Source: Octopus sinensis
Taxonomy: Eukaryota
Length of the DNA stretch: 64,000 nucleotides
NCBI RefSeq assembly: GCF_006345805.1
Contig: NC_042999.1
Location: forward strand, 110,174,001 to 110,238,000
Direction of reading: 5' to 3'
A program made the translations under genes and the position numbers. The notes under the pieces were generated by a model. That model made no database searches. It worked only from the letters and a program-made list of their open reading frames with translations, and was not told where the DNA came from. Numbering within the stretch: the stretch's first letter is position 1; each line of letters begins with the position of its first letter. Positions 11,601 through 24,521 of the stretch are shown here, piece by piece.

Positions 11601-12374
11601 ATATATATATATATATGTATATGCATATATATATAATGTATATATATGATATATTTCTCTCTTCTCTTTCTCTCTCTCTCTACATTTATATATATATATA
11701 TATAAAAACCCACACATTATATACAGGTATATATGTGCATGTATGCATGTGTATGAGTATTTATTTTGTGTCTATGTGTACAATTTAAACATACACACAC
11801 ATATAGAGAAATGCATGCACAGAGCAGGTAGCAATTTGTACATGAACAAGCAGACACACACACACACATACAAATCCATATGAACTTATGTATGCATAAT
11901 TGAAACTCTGCAGGTGTATCTATGTCTGTGTGTGTTGTTGCACATACATGCTACCTCGTGCATGTTCAGAATATGCATATATTATTCATTTAAATGTGAA
12001 ATGCAACTTAAATTCCAGATTACTTAAAACAGAAGAATCTTCAATGTCTTAAAATCTTCAAGTTAACCTGTGGGCTATATACAATTGCTTATTCTTTCCT
12101 ACTTAAAAAATTTCTCATTTTCCCCCTTTCCTTCATGTTCTCCCTCTCTGTCCCCCTCTCTCTTGTCTCTAGTATTTCTGTCAGTCTCTCTGTTTATTTC
12201 CATTTCTTTCTATCATTCAGTCTGCATTGCTACCCTATGTTTTTGAAAAACCATTACAGCTTTATTCAAATTAACTTTGTGCTGTCATTTTATCATTTGA
12301 ATTTCTTTTCAGTATTTCAACAATTTCACTTTTATGATTAGACTTCCATTTCATTCTCCCTGCTGGTATACTTT

Positions 12375-12836
12375 CACCACCACCACCACCACCACCACCA
12401 CCACCACTGCCGCCACCGCTGCTGCCACCACCACCGCCATGATCAACATTACCTACATTACTGTTACAGCTACTATTAGTAATAGAAGCTCTATGATTAC
12501 TATTACAACTACCATTGATTACTACACCCACCTAAACTTGCTTGCAACCAAAAAATACCATCAGCAGCAGCAATAGTAATATCATCGCCCTTATTCCCAA
12601 TTACACCACCACTGCCTCCACCCCTGCTGCTTCCGCCGCCACCACCACCACCACCACTACCACCACCATCGCCACCACCACCACCACCACCATCGCCACC
12701 ATCACCACCACCACAACCACCACCACCACATCACTGCTGCCATTGCCACCACCATCACCATCACTGTCACCACAATTTCTACGCACGCACGCGCGCACAC
12801 ACACACACACACATACACACACACACACACACACAC
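12375..12836. repeat. (ACC)n / (CA)n low-complexity tract
   Basis: Direct reading; explains the poly-T/poly-G/poly-V ORFs. Confidence 0.9.
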
Positions 12837-13171
12837 AATTTGTTAGAAGTAAGAAATAGAAAAAGACGAATACTCAGTATCCAGTATACAGGGTGTTCAA
12901 GCTCAATTTGACTATTTTTTTTTTGTCTCCTGTTTTTCAGGAACCGATTGATGTATTGGTGAACAGCCAATGGTGTTGGAGAGCATAAGGAATAAAGTTG
13001 AATTTGAGTGAAAGTTAGCTGACACGGAGAACTGGAAGCCATCTGAGTTACATGTATCACGATGAACCATGCTGGGTATCAAAATGCTGACACCCTGACC
13101 ACTGCTCAATGCTCTGTGTACACTGTAAAGGCTGTAAGATGTGGACTTGTCCCATGCAGTGGATTAACCCA

Positions 13172-13393
13172 TTAACCCTTTCATTACCAACCCGGCTCTG
13201 ACTCGGAGTAAAAATGTCTTGTTTTCATAAGTTTTGAATTAAAATCTTCCACCAAACCTTTCATCACAATTTATGTTCCTGATACTAGCTAAATGGTACT
13301 AGCTAAGATATTTTACTAAATTCTTTGTTATATTTAAAGTAATTGAAAGAAACACAGAGCATCTCAAAATAAATACAGTAACGAAAGGGTGAA
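13172..13393 (+). mobile_element. piggyBac-type MITE (family D)
   Basis: TTAA|CCCTTTC...GAAAGGG|TGAA: CCC/GGG termini with a TTAA-type target. Confidence 0.85.
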
Positions 13394-13559
13394 GCAAAAT
13401 AAGCATGTGCTAAGGGCATCAAGGGACAGGGTCACCACAGAAATGAAAATGGTTTATGACACAAAAGAAATCACTTTAAACTTGCTAGAATAATATTCAT
13501 AATGCCTTATCTCTGCTAAGTATAGAAACAGAAGTTTTATGTAAAATTAATTTTAACAA

Positions 13560-13826
13560 TATCATCAAACACTTTGCAATTAAAAAAAAAAAAACGAAGG
13601 AGAAAACTTTTCAAATGTAGATAAACTGGAAGCATACAAAAATAAACATTATTTTCCTTCTTACTATGAATTTTGTTTCATTTTGAAAAATAAAAATTTA
13701 TTTTATGGTTTATTATTGTTTTCATTTTGAATTATTTTTGTTTACATTTTGAACCATTTACATATACTTCAGGGTATTAAAACCTTTTAAGTGCTTAGGG
13801 CTTCTATGGGTCTTAATTTGGCCCTG
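13560..13826 (-). mobile_element. End of a hAT-like non-autonomous DNA transposon (terminus CAGGGCCAAATTAAGAC)
   Basis: Homologous to 16246-16800 in the opposite orientation. Confidence 0.6.
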
Positions 13827-13831
13827 ATCCC

Positions 13832-14315
13832 ATGTATCATGAAAACCAAGTTCCCCCAAACTGTAATGGTCTTTGGGAGTGTCTCTAGTGAGGGTAACGT
13901 CATGCAATCCACAGCTTTGAACAAAGCCTCAGGCTCAATTCAGAGGGCTATGTGAAGCTGCTGGGGACTGTGGTCAAACCCTGGCTGGAGAGAATTGCTG
14001 CTGGAAGGTCATATATGTGGCAGCAAGATTTGACTCTTTGCTATATTTCTGGAAAGAGTCAGAAGTGGTTGTTTGGAGGATTACTATAACTTTAGTCATC
14101 CCAATTTCTAGCATTCTAATTTCCTTGATTGTTATCCCATAGCTTTCAATGTGTGAGGGCATGGTTGTGAAAGACACCAACTGCTCTGCCTACAACATCT
14201 GATGCTGATTTGGTGGGCAAGTTGAAAGAGGTATATGAAGATTTTTCCCTGGGAAAATGTGAAGAATTCATGCACCAAGTTCTGGAGCTGTCTTGAGGCT
14301 ATGGTTGAAGCTGAG
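13832..14315 (+). pseudogene. Tc1/mariner superfamily (maT/DD37D-like) transposase relic, catalytic region
   Basis: MKTKFPQTVMVFGSVSSEG..NSEGYVKLLGTVVKPWLERIAAGRSYMWQQD..NF*HSNFLDCYP..LEAMVEAE, with stops and frameshifts. Confidence 0.85.
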
Positions 14316-14319
14316 ACAC

Positions 14320-14540
14320 CAGCCTATTGCAGGAGACAAGGTCAACAATTTTGAGGAGAGGAGATGAGTTAATTGTACTGATTCTAGTACTTAACTAGTA
14401 CTTTATTTTATCAACCCCTGGAAGGATGAAAGGCAAAGCTGACCTTGGCACAATTTGAACTCAGAATCTAAAGAGCTGGAAGAGGTGCCACAAAGCATTT
14501 CATCCAATGTGCTAATCATTCTGCCAGTTGCTGCCTTAGT
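14320..14540 (-). mobile_element. SINE family B
   Basis: GGATGAAAGGCAAAGCTGACCTTGG..ATTTGAACTCAGAA..TTCTGCCAGTTGCTGCCTT. Confidence 0.8.
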
Positions 14541-14934
14541 CTTTGATATACTAAGTCTGAGGATAAGGTAGGATGGTCATGGCTGAACAACACTCAATGT
14601 GAATCAACTTGATCAGGATAGACAAGAAACTAAATAATAACACAACCCACCTTACACATGCTCACACATACACACATATATACACATAGACACACACACA
14701 TACACACACACATGCACACATACACACGTGCACCTAGACACACCCACAATACTCACCAACATTACCCATCACTAATGCAAAACCCACTTTACTTGCATAT
14801 GTATATACACACATCTGCACACACACACATGCAAACAAGCATGCATACACACCTAGATACGCCCACCACATTCACACATATATTACCACTCATCACTAGC
14901 ATCCAACCCACCTTACTCTCTCTGTCTCTGTCTG

Positions 14935-14968
<34 letters not shown>

Positions 14969-15219
14969 TCATATACATACTCCATTACCATCATATTGCT
15001 TTTTAAAGAAATTCTCCCTACTAACTGAAACTTCAGATAAGGAATAAAAGATAAAGGAGATTCCAGTATTTATCCAAGAGAAATAATCGGTCTGTGACTG
15101 CTTTTCATGTGGATGGAATATTATCAGAGAAATTCTTTCTGAAAGCATAACCATTATTGTCTGAAGAATAAATGATTAACAGTTATTTACCAAATAGACG
15201 AATTAAGTTGTAATAGCAG

Positions 15220-15583
15220 TATGGGTAGTGCAGGTGGTAGTGGTGGTGGAGTGGTGGTGGTGATTGTAGGGTTGTTGTTGTGGATGGTGGTGGTGGTTGT
15301 GGTAGAGTTATGTTGTTATTACTGTAGATGGTAGTGGCAATGGTGTGATGGTGGTGGTAGTGGCATTAGCAGTGGTGTGCTGATCGTGGATGATGATGGT
15401 GGTGACAGTAGTGCTTGTGGTAATTGTAGAGTTGTTATAGTGATGGCAGTAAGGTTGTTGTGGTGGTGAAGGTAGTAGTTGTCTTTACTGGTACTGTTGT
15501 TCTGTTGTAGTACTACTTTGTAGTGGTGTTGGCACTAGTAGTTTTCTCATGGTAATTGTAGAATTTCTGCTATGGTGATGGTA
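15220..15583. repeat. Degenerate (GGT/GTT/GAT)n low-complexity tract
   Basis: Direct reading. Confidence 0.8.
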
Positions 15584-15996
15584 GGTGCAGAGTGGCTGTG
15601 TGGTGTGGTAAGTAGCTTGCTTACCAACCACATGGTTCCGGGTGCAGTCCCACTGCGTGGCACCTTGGGCAAGTGTCTTTTACTATAGCATCCGGCTGAC
15701 CAAAGCTTTGTGAGTGGATTTGGTGGACAGAAACTGAAAGAAGCCCGTCGTATATATGTGTGTATATATATATATATATATGTGTATGTGTGTTTGTGTG
15801 TCTGTGTTTGTCCCCCCAACATCGCTTGACAACCGATGCTGGTGTGTTTACATCCCCGTAACTTAGCAGTTTGGCAAAAAGAGACCGATAGAATAAGTAC
15901 TAGGCTTACAAAGAATAAGTCCTGGGGTCGATTTGCTCGACTAAAGGCGGTGCTCCAGCATGGCCACAGTCAAATGACTGAAACAAGTAAAAAGTA
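15584..15996 (+). mobile_element. SINE family A, full length
   Basis: Near identical to 3142-3605. Confidence 0.93.
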
Positions 15997-16049
15997 GTAG
16001 TGTTATTGATGTGGGTGATGTTATTTGCATTGATGGTAGAGGCAGTGGT

Positions 16050-16245
16050 ATAAGGACACATGGCCTATTGTTGGGGGGTTGCACTCATGATTGCAAGACC
16101 ATAATTTCAATTCCTGGACTGAGTGGTACATTGTGCTCTTAAGCAAAATATTTCATTTCATGTTGATCTGCGATCATTTTGACACCTGATGTGTGGTAGA
16201 CCAGTCACCTGTTCAGGCAACATTGATTTGATAGAAGGAGTGAGC
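16050..16245 (+). mobile_element. Degenerate tRNA-derived SINE (family G/E-type head)
   Basis: CACATGGCCTA.TGTT..ACTCATGATTGCAAG..TTCAATTCCTGGAC..CTTAAGCAAAATATTTCATTTC. Confidence 0.6.
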
Positions 16246-16800
16246 TAGGGCTGGATTAAGCCCCATTGAGGCCCTAAGCACCTAAAAGGTTTTTGATGTT
16301 CCCATACATGTATATTATAGGAGAATCCTGAACTCACCCACATGACTGAAGGTGGATTAATCAATTACAATAGATAAGAACTGAGTGAACTGTCAGTGGG
16401 GTTGTTGACGGTGGTAGTTCGACTGTGTTTGTTTACCATGTTAGTTCAACGTGTGTCAGTAGTCGAAGAGTGAATACTGAGTATCATACCTATGCTTGAG
16501 TTTTAGGGAGTGCATTCTGTGTTAATATATATTTCTGTGATAGATTATTTTTAGATAACCACAACCAACTATTTGTTTGTGTAATACCATTTTACACCAG
16601 ATGTGTACACCTACATCATAACATTTTGTAATTAAAAATATTAACTACAGTAAATCACGAAATAAATTGTTATTTTTCAAAATGGAACAAAACTAACAGC
16701 GAGATAGAAAATAATGTTTATTTTTGTATACATCCGCTTTATCTTTATTTTTAAAGTTTTCTCCTACTTGTTTTTATTGCAAAGTCTTAGACTACATCCT
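16246..16800 (+). mobile_element. hAT-like element end interrupted by a ~310-bp insert (possible solo LTR, ~16313-16623)
   Basis: TAGGGCTGGATTAAG..CCCTAAGCACCTAAAAGG matches the 13826 end; homology resumes after 16623; insert runs TATTATAG...TCATAACA. Confidence 0.5.
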
Positions 16801-17027
16801 CACTTCAAAATTATATTTCTGATCATATAAACCACTATCACCCATGGTGGTTGTCATGGCAACAGCAGCAGCGGTGGTAGTTTCCTGATGATGATGCTGT
16901 TGTTTCTAGTGATGGTCGTAACCAGGTTGTTTTTAGTAGAACTCAGTCCTGATTGAGCAGGCTCATCATCAAAGACAATCAAGACACGACCATCTTAACT
17001 TTTCCTTCAGACCTAGTATACCTGTAT

Positions 17028-17260
17028 ATCATCATCATCACCATCATCATTATTAAGTCTGTCTTCTATGCTGGCATGGGTTGGATGTTTTGACAGGAGC
17101 CAGCCAGGTAGAAAGCTACACTGGGCTACTGTGTCTGTTATAGCATGGTTCTTACAGCTAGATGCCCTTCCTAACACCAACCACTCCATAGTGTAGATTA
17201 AGTGCTTTTTTTATGTGGCACCAGCACAGGTGAGGTCAGTTTTGGATGGTTTTTACTAAT
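17028..17260 (-). mobile_element. RTE-LINE 3' end (family C)
   Basis: (CAT)n then ATGCTGGCATGGGTTGGATG..TGCCCTTCCTAACACCAACCACTC. Confidence 0.8.
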
Positions 17261-17526
17261 TAAATCTTGTGTATCATTAGGTTTCGTACACTTTATATTT
17301 CTCATTCCTTCATTAGATTCGAGTTCACTTGCATTTTTAAATAAGCCTGTTGTGTAATTCATTGGTGTGTGATGTGGTGTTCTTATTTATTCCTTAATTT
17401 CAATAATTATAAGGTTTCTGCCAACACCTTTTATGTATATACATTGTTTATATGCTTTTTAATGCATATTATCTTTTGATGGTAATGTGTAGTGCTGTAA
17501 GGTATTTTTCTAAATAGTAACTTAAT

Positions 17527-18537
17527 GACAGAGGACTAATTAGTATAGACCATTGTATAAGGAGTGAAAGGAGAATGCTTGCCAAGTATTTGATAAATAG
17601 TGATGGAGACCTGCTACAATATGCCACGAAAGATATGGGTGTAAATACAGATGAAATGATGGACAAGGAAGAGTTTAACCAAAGAGCTGAGAAGAGAAAA
17701 GAAGATCTTCTTGAAATGAGAAAGCATGGACAGTTTGAAAGGAATACACAAAACGTTAAGGATAATACAGCATTGTGGATATGGCTTGAGTGAGGTGATT
17801 TGAAGTGTACCACTGAAAGCCTGATCATTCCTGCACAAGACCAGGCTCTCGCTACCAATTCAGTGAAGTATAGCATCTATAAAACTTCTGACATCCAGAA
17901 ATGCAGACTCTGTGGAAAGAGCGTGGAAAATGTGACCCACTTTGTAAGTGGATGTGAGAGCTTTACACAAGCGCTTCCATGATAAAGTGCGTGTGCATTT
18001 TCGTTGGCTCTTATGCTGTAAATTCCCATTTGAAGTAACAGAGAACTGGTATGAGCATGTACCAAGTAAAGTTATGCAGGAGAATGAAAAAGTAATGGTA
18101 CTCTGGGATTATGATTTTCAGATGGATCGTGTAATCAAACACCATCAGCCGGATATTGTCATATTGAATAAGAGCGATAAATACTGTCAGATCACTGATA
18201 TAGCCATACCAAATGACATGAATGTTTTGAGTAAAGAGAGTCAAAAAATCACCAAGTGCTCTGAATTGAAAGTGGAAATGGCCAGACTATATGGAATGCA
18301 AGGAGTTTAATGTAAAAGTGATACCTGTGGTGATCGGAGCGTTGGGTTCAATCCCAATGAAACTTCAAGACTTCTTAAGGCAATTGGAAATCCCATGCAA
18401 GACTGATGTCTTGCAAAAATCAGCCTTATTGGCACAGGGCACATCTTAAGGAAAGTATTATCTGTCTGAGGTCCTTGTTGTGACTTGACAGATGACTAAA
18501 GACTATAGTGCATTTCTACATACACTGTATTATGAAG

Positions 18538-18540
<3 letters not shown>
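17527..18540 (+). mobile_element. R4/Dong-clade non-LTR retrotransposon, 5'-truncated (zinc knuckle and restriction-like endonuclease), ending in (TAA)n
   Basis: KHGQF, AQDQALATN, CRLCGKSVENVTHFVSGC (CCHC), HDKV, WYEHVP, LWDYDF, HQPDIVIL..DIAIP..K (PD-(D/E)xK), VIPVVIGALG, GHILRKVL; frameshifted. Confidence 0.93.
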
Positions 18541-18577
<37 letters not shown>

Positions 18578-18654
18578 GATGATGAGGAGGAGGAGGAGGA
18601 TCAAATGATAATAATAATAAGGGTTTCATTTATTTGCCACCAGGGTGGATAATA

Positions 18655-18865
18655 ATCCTTTCTGCTATAGGCACAACACCTGAAATTTGGGGAGAGGAGG
18701 CAAGTCAATAACATCAACCCCAGTGCATAACTGGTACTTCTTTCATCAACCCCGAGAGGATGAAAAGCAATGTTGACTTTGTGTAATTTTTATCTAGAAT
18801 ATAAAGATGGACGAAATGCCACTAAGCAGTTTGCCCAGCAGGCTAACGTACCAGTATGCCACCTT
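18655..18865 (-). mobile_element. SINE family B between (TAA)n tracts
   Basis: CCCCAGTGCATAACTGGTACTT..GGATGAAAAGCAATGTTGAC. Confidence 0.8.
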
Positions 18866-19596
18866 AATAATAATAATAATAATAATAATACTAGTAGTAG
18901 TAGTAGTGAAAAAAGAATAAGAAAAATAGTTTAAAGAGAAAATTAAAAGATAAATAATGACATGATCGGCAGGAATGGTTAGGAAAAGAAGATGGAAGAA
19001 GACTAGAAATATGTATTATTATGACAATGATGAGTTAATACAAAGGAATAGAAAGATGAGGAGGAGGAGCAGGAGGAATTAGAAGTTGGGGAAGGAGAAT
19101 AAGAAGACGGAGAAATGGGGAGGAGGAGAAGGACCAGAACAGAAGAAGAAAACACAGAAGAATAAGAAGAGAAAGAAGAAAAGAAATGAAGAAAGATGAG
19201 GAAGAGGAGAAGGAGGGGGAAGAAAAATACCTGCTTTATTAAATCATAATCAATAATAGTGATAATAAGTGTTTTTAAAGGAAATAATTTCTGAATTTGA
19301 CCAAAAGACTAAAATGAGATTGAGGAATTTATGTACGTTTGAACCATTTGTAAAGTGATATACCCCCACCATAATTACACTGAACCAAGCCTTATAATTG
19401 ATAGACACCAATCTTTTCTTTGGCAACATTCTTCTGATTTTTCTACAAAAAGACAAGGAATCTGAAATATAAGAAGAAACTCCATTTTCAAAGAACATTC
19501 TAAACTATTTCTTGGACAAAAATGAAATATTTCTTTTAATCTTCTTGCGATATGATTTTATATCTAAGCTATTGTTTCTCACTGTATTTAAATACA

Positions 19597-19632
<36 letters not shown>

Positions 19633-19689
19633 TGTGTGTGTATATGTTCATATATACATACACTTGTATGTGTGCATATGTATTGTTAC

Positions 19690-19730
<41 letters not shown>

Positions 19731-19919
19731 AAGACAAGTACACTCATTTATATACGCACGTAAATAAGCTAGCACAGTTTTATTCAAACAAATCCACTGC
19801 AAGTATTTAAAAAAGTTCTCTTTGATAAAAGGATGTATTGGAAGAAATAAAAGAGAATAAGTACTTTTGGATTTACAAACCAAAAGTTATTTCTTTCTCC
19901 AACCACTACTGATACCTAC

Positions 19920-19999
19920 ATTCCTTTCTTTCTGTCTTTCTTTCTTTGCTCTCTATCTTTCTCCATTTCTTTCTTTCTTCCTGTATTTCTTTCTCCATT

Positions 20000-20054
<55 letters not shown>

Positions 20055-20452
20055 CTCTGTCTTTCTTTCTCCGTTTCTGTTTCTTTCTTTCTCCGTTTCT
20101 GCCTTCCTTCTTTCTTTCTTTTTCTTTCTTTCTCCGTTTCTGTCTTCCTTCCTCCCTTCTTTCTTTCTTTCGTTCGTTCTTTCTTTCTTCCTCCCTTCTT
20201 TCTTTCTTTTTCTTTCTTTCTCCGTTTCTTTCTTCCTTCCTCCCTTCTTTCTTTCTTTCGTTCGTTCTTTCTTTCTTCCTCCCTTCTTTCTTTCTCTGTT
20301 TCTTTCTTTCTCCGTTTCTGTCTTCCTTCCTTCTTTATTTCTTTCTTTCTTTCTTTCTTTCATTCTTTCTGCATTTCTATAATTTTTCTTCCTTTCTCCC
20401 TTTCTTTCTTCTTTCTCCCTTTCTCCCTTCCTTCATTCCTCCCTTCCTTCCC
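19920..20452. repeat. (CTTT)n polypyrimidine/polypurine tract, ~530 bp
   Basis: Direct reading. Confidence 0.95.
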
Positions 20453-20689
20453 TCAACATCTCTCCAAATCTTTGTCAGGTAGAATACTTAAATGGCAAGA
20501 TGAATGAATTAACTATCTCATAATTGAAATACTTGGCTAGTTCTAAGTGCATATCTGTGAGCATGCATTTCTGCCTGCCACTTGCTCTCTCTCCTTATAC
20601 ACATATACATGCATACACACACACAAACATACACACTCCCCCCTTTCCTCCACACTTTCTCTCTGAATCACTCAGACATGTACACTCAT

Positions 20690-21015
20690 GGAAGTAATGG
20701 CCTTAGAGAGGCAACAACAAATGACTGAGACCTTTGGCAACTTCTACTCAACTGTGTTTGAGTAGAAGACTCAGCAAGTCAAGTGAAATCATAGTCGTGA
20801 CAGATACTGGTGTCACACAACTGGCACCCATACTGGTGACATGTAAAAGCACCCATTACACTCACAGAGTGGTTGGCATTAGGAAGGGCATCTAACCATA
20901 GAAACCATGACAAATCTGACTGGAATCTGGTGTGGCCTTCCAGCATGCCAGCCCAGTCAAACCGTCCAACCCATGCCAACATGGACAACGAACATTAAAT
21001 GTTGATGATGATGAC
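20690..21015 (+). mobile_element. RTE-LINE 3' end (family C)
   Basis: GAGTGGTTGGCATTAGGAAGGGCATCT..CCAACCCATGCCAACATGGA..TAAATGTTGATGATGATG. Confidence 0.8.
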
Positions 21016-21131
21016 CATGGGCTTCTTTCATTTCTGGTTAGCTGAGGTACCATACAGTAGGATTGAACCCAAGACCACATGGTTGGGAAGCAAGCTTCTT
21101 ACCATTCAGTCATGCTTCCATCTAAATCTCT

Positions 21132-21562
21132 CTCTTTTACTCTTTTATTTGTTCCAGTCATTTGACTGCGGCCATGCTGGAGCACTGCCTTCAGTTGAAC
21201 AAATTGACCACAGGACTTGTTCTTTGTAAGCCTAGTACTTATTCTATCGGTCTCTTTTGCTGAACTGCTAAGTTATGGGGATGTATACACACCACCATTG
21301 GTTGTGAAGTGATGGTGGGGGAACAAACATAGACACACACACACTCACATACACACACACACACACACACAGAAACACACATACACACACACATATATAC
21401 GACGGGCTGCTTTCAGCTTCCATCTACCAAATCCACTCACAAGGCTTTGGTCAACCCGAGGCTATAGCAGAAGACACTTGTCCAAGGTGTCACACAGTGG
21501 GACTGAACCCAGAACCATGTGGTTGAGAAGCAAGCTACTTACCACACAGCCACTCCTGCGTC
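21132..21562 (-). mobile_element. SINE family A, full length
   Basis: Reverse complement of family A. Confidence 0.92.
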
Positions 21563-21729
21563 TATATTTTTATATCATCAGGCAATATATTACTGGTTAT
21601 AGCATATGACTAGTCAGAGAATTCAGAATGCCACTATTGGTTTTGCACTAAGTATGACTACTAGAATTTTACAAGATTATTTACATACATTTATTAATTT
21701 ATCTAATTAATTATTTTATTGTTTTTCTT

Positions 21730-21812
21730 TAACCTGAAGAGTGGCTATATTTATATTGATGTGATTTTACTATTCTCATTTCTTAAATATAGCCACGAAA
21801 CACATATCGTTA
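21730..21812 (+). ncRNA. Type I hammerhead ribozyme motif (one stem III substitution)
   Basis: Stem I TAAC/GTTA; CTGAAGA 21734-21740; perfect 13-bp stem II GTGGCTATATTTA/TAAATATAGCCAC; GAAAC 21797-21801; loop ACAT; ATC cleavage triplet. Confidence 0.8.
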
Positions 21813-22017
21813 TTCTACCAAATATATACATTTTATTTATTATTTTGCCCTTTACTTAATCATTGTTTATGTTTTTATCTTATATTTAATCTTTCTATAA
21901 GATGTAATTTTTCTAAATGGTATAATTTAATTTTTCATTAATGAATTGATAAAAGGTCGTTTTTTTCTAATATATATATATATTATATATATGTATATAT
22001 ATATATATATATTTCCT

Positions 22018-22100
22018 TATTTCCTGATGATGGGGACATTGTGAAACTAAAGAATTCATACCTTGTAGACAAATGGACTCCAGAAACTGCTGTTGAAATA
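22018..22100 (+). ncRNA. Type I hammerhead ribozyme motif, intact core
   Basis: Stem I TATTTC/GAAATA (6 bp); CTGATGA 22024-22030; imperfect stem II TGGGGACATT/AATGGACTCCA; GAAAC 22083-22087; loop TGCT; GTT triplet. Confidence 0.8.
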
Positions 22101-23392
22101 TATCTTATATAGTGCTATAACCATCTATAAACATTTCTTTAGAACTCTTAAAACGCATTTATCCTCATTATTTCTCTGACTTTTATATCCATCATTAAGA
22201 TTTCTCACTGCTGTCGATGTATCTTACAACTTTTAATTCTTAATTCAGCATTTTTAATCTTAAATTTAATATGAGTTTTAATCAATGAATCACTCTTTAT
22301 TTATTTATTCTTTTTATATATATTTTTCCCTCAAGTATTTCTTATTTCTATTCTAAATAATGTTCCTTGGCTTAATGTATTTATTGTGTTTTATGTAATT
22401 ATTATGTTGAGGTAAATCATAACTATAGGATGATTATCTAAGTTTTGTTTCTTCTTAAACCAAGTTAAATATTATAAATGTTGATAGGTTACTCTTTTAA
22501 ATAGAATGAGCTGAAAAGCTGGTACTAAGCAATTTTTAACATTTTCTGTTAATGTTTCAAAATTTCTGATTCTATTTTCTGTGAAACTTCTAAAAATAAA
22601 CATTTTCTTATTTATATTTTAGGTGTTCAAGACTCAGCTGAGATTTGTATATTCATCTTCATCTTCCTTGCTTCCATGCACAACAGCTGTTGGCTGTGCC
22701 TGCCATTGTCAAACGTGATATTTCGCATGAGCATCTGATATCAAAAGTCATGCGTGTTACTTCTGCTATTACAAAGCCTCGGCAATCATGTTTTGCACTT
22801 TGCCTGCCTATTGAAGGGAGGGTTTGTCCTTTGAATCATGATAGTCTCTACTGTCTTCCTTCATTGTGTGTCTACATCTATACACACTTGCACACTTGCC
22901 CATGCAGATACACACACATATGTGCACACTCATGCATGTGCACGTATGTGCATGCTCATGCACCTATACATACACCTGTGCACTCACACATGAACACACA
23001 TACAGACTTGCACACACTCACACACTCATACACACACACACACTCATACACACACACACACACACACAACACATTATTTTTTCTTTGTACCATTCATGTG
23101 TCATGTCAGTTTCCCCTCTTCTGTTGCCTTTCAACTGGTAGGATTATTCACTTTTTTCCCTCTAGGTGTAAAAGTTGCCATTCATTGCTCAATGAAAAAC
23201 ATAGGGTGGAAGTTCAAATTCAGTTAAAGTTTATTATCTTGTGTAATATTTACGAAATGAATTTTCCCCTGATAATCTATTTTAATCTTCAACATAAAAC
23301 TGAAACTGAAGTTGAAAATATAGTTAAAATTACATATTCTGTATTGTTGTATCTTTCTCCTCATCATTTGTAGATACATTGTATTTCATTTA

Positions 23393-23600
23393 TAAGGTGG
23401 CAGGCTGGCAGAAACGTTAGCATGCTGGGCGAAATCCTTAGCAGTATTTCGTCTCTCTTTACATTCTGAGATCAAATTCCACTGAGGTCAATCTATTCTT
23501 TCATCCTTTCAAGGTTGATAAATTAAGTACCGGTTGTGTACTGAAGTTGATCTAATCAACCCCAAAACTTTTGGGCATTGTGCCTAGTGTATAAAAGATT
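23393..23600 (+). mobile_element. SINE family B
   Basis: AAGGTGGCAGGCTGGCAGAAACGTTAGCATGCTGGGCGAAA..TTTCATCCTTTC..GATAAATTAAGTACC. Confidence 0.88.
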
Positions 23601-23819
23601 ATATTTCATTTGTACAACTCAGAAACTAAAAGCCCTTTTTGATTTTAAGTTATAGTTAAATTTTCCACAGGTATGCAAATAGAATAACACTGTGTAACAT
23701 GATTTTTGTCCTGGGTAGCAATGGGTATTTCCTATTTACTTACCCCTAGAAAGTATGAAAAATGGCTACTATTTCCTTCAGACTTTGCTTTTGTTACATT
23801 TATCCAAATTTTAATGGAC

Positions 23820-23955
23820 ACCTTCAACACATGGCTATGATGTTCCCCCTCTTCACCTGCTCATGATCAGAGATGCACATATTGACATGCTCAAGTGGTT
23901 AAAGTCAAACAACTGACAAGCAAATTTGTGGCATTGAGCAGAATATCTGTTATAG
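23820..23955 (-). mobile_element. Fragment of repeat family H
   Basis: Reverse complement of ~60138-60285. Confidence 0.75.
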
Positions 23956-24521
23956 CAGTATTACTGCTTCAATGCTGAATATGTCTGAAATGCAATGGAA
24001 AATAGGTCAGTTTCAAAACATTGATGTCCAGGACACAAAAGCAAAGCTTGAAGGGAATAGCAGTCATCTCCTTTGATTTCTAGATAATAGCAAATAGGAA
24101 ACAACGCTTACTGAGCAAAAACAAAAAAAGAAGATAAAAATTTTGTTACACGGGGCAATATGAAATTGAAGAATGTACAGTGATGCATATGGCCACTGAG
24201 TCAGATGTGTTTAGTGGCACTTAAAAAGCTTTTCAACAAAGTTCATTGAAACTGGTGAGGATTTGCCTGGTAAATATTTAAATCTTACTGAAGATACTTA
24301 GCTTCAAGGACAAAAGTATTGTTTGCATTTTTATTTCATTTTATTTTTTCTCTCTCCACCAAAAGGGTCATCTGTTTATATTGTCTTCAGGAAGGTGAAA
24401 TTTTTTGGTGCAACTGTAAATCACCTTTATACAAGAGTTTACAATATCTATGATTTATGAGGCAATGTTTATTTATGAAATTTTAGATAATACTGCAACA
24501 AAATATTTGTAAAGTAGGAGT

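Noticed and set aside
22645-23373. 242-aa ORF
   Set aside because: Non-ATG start, middle is a (CA)n tract, no recognisable domain.
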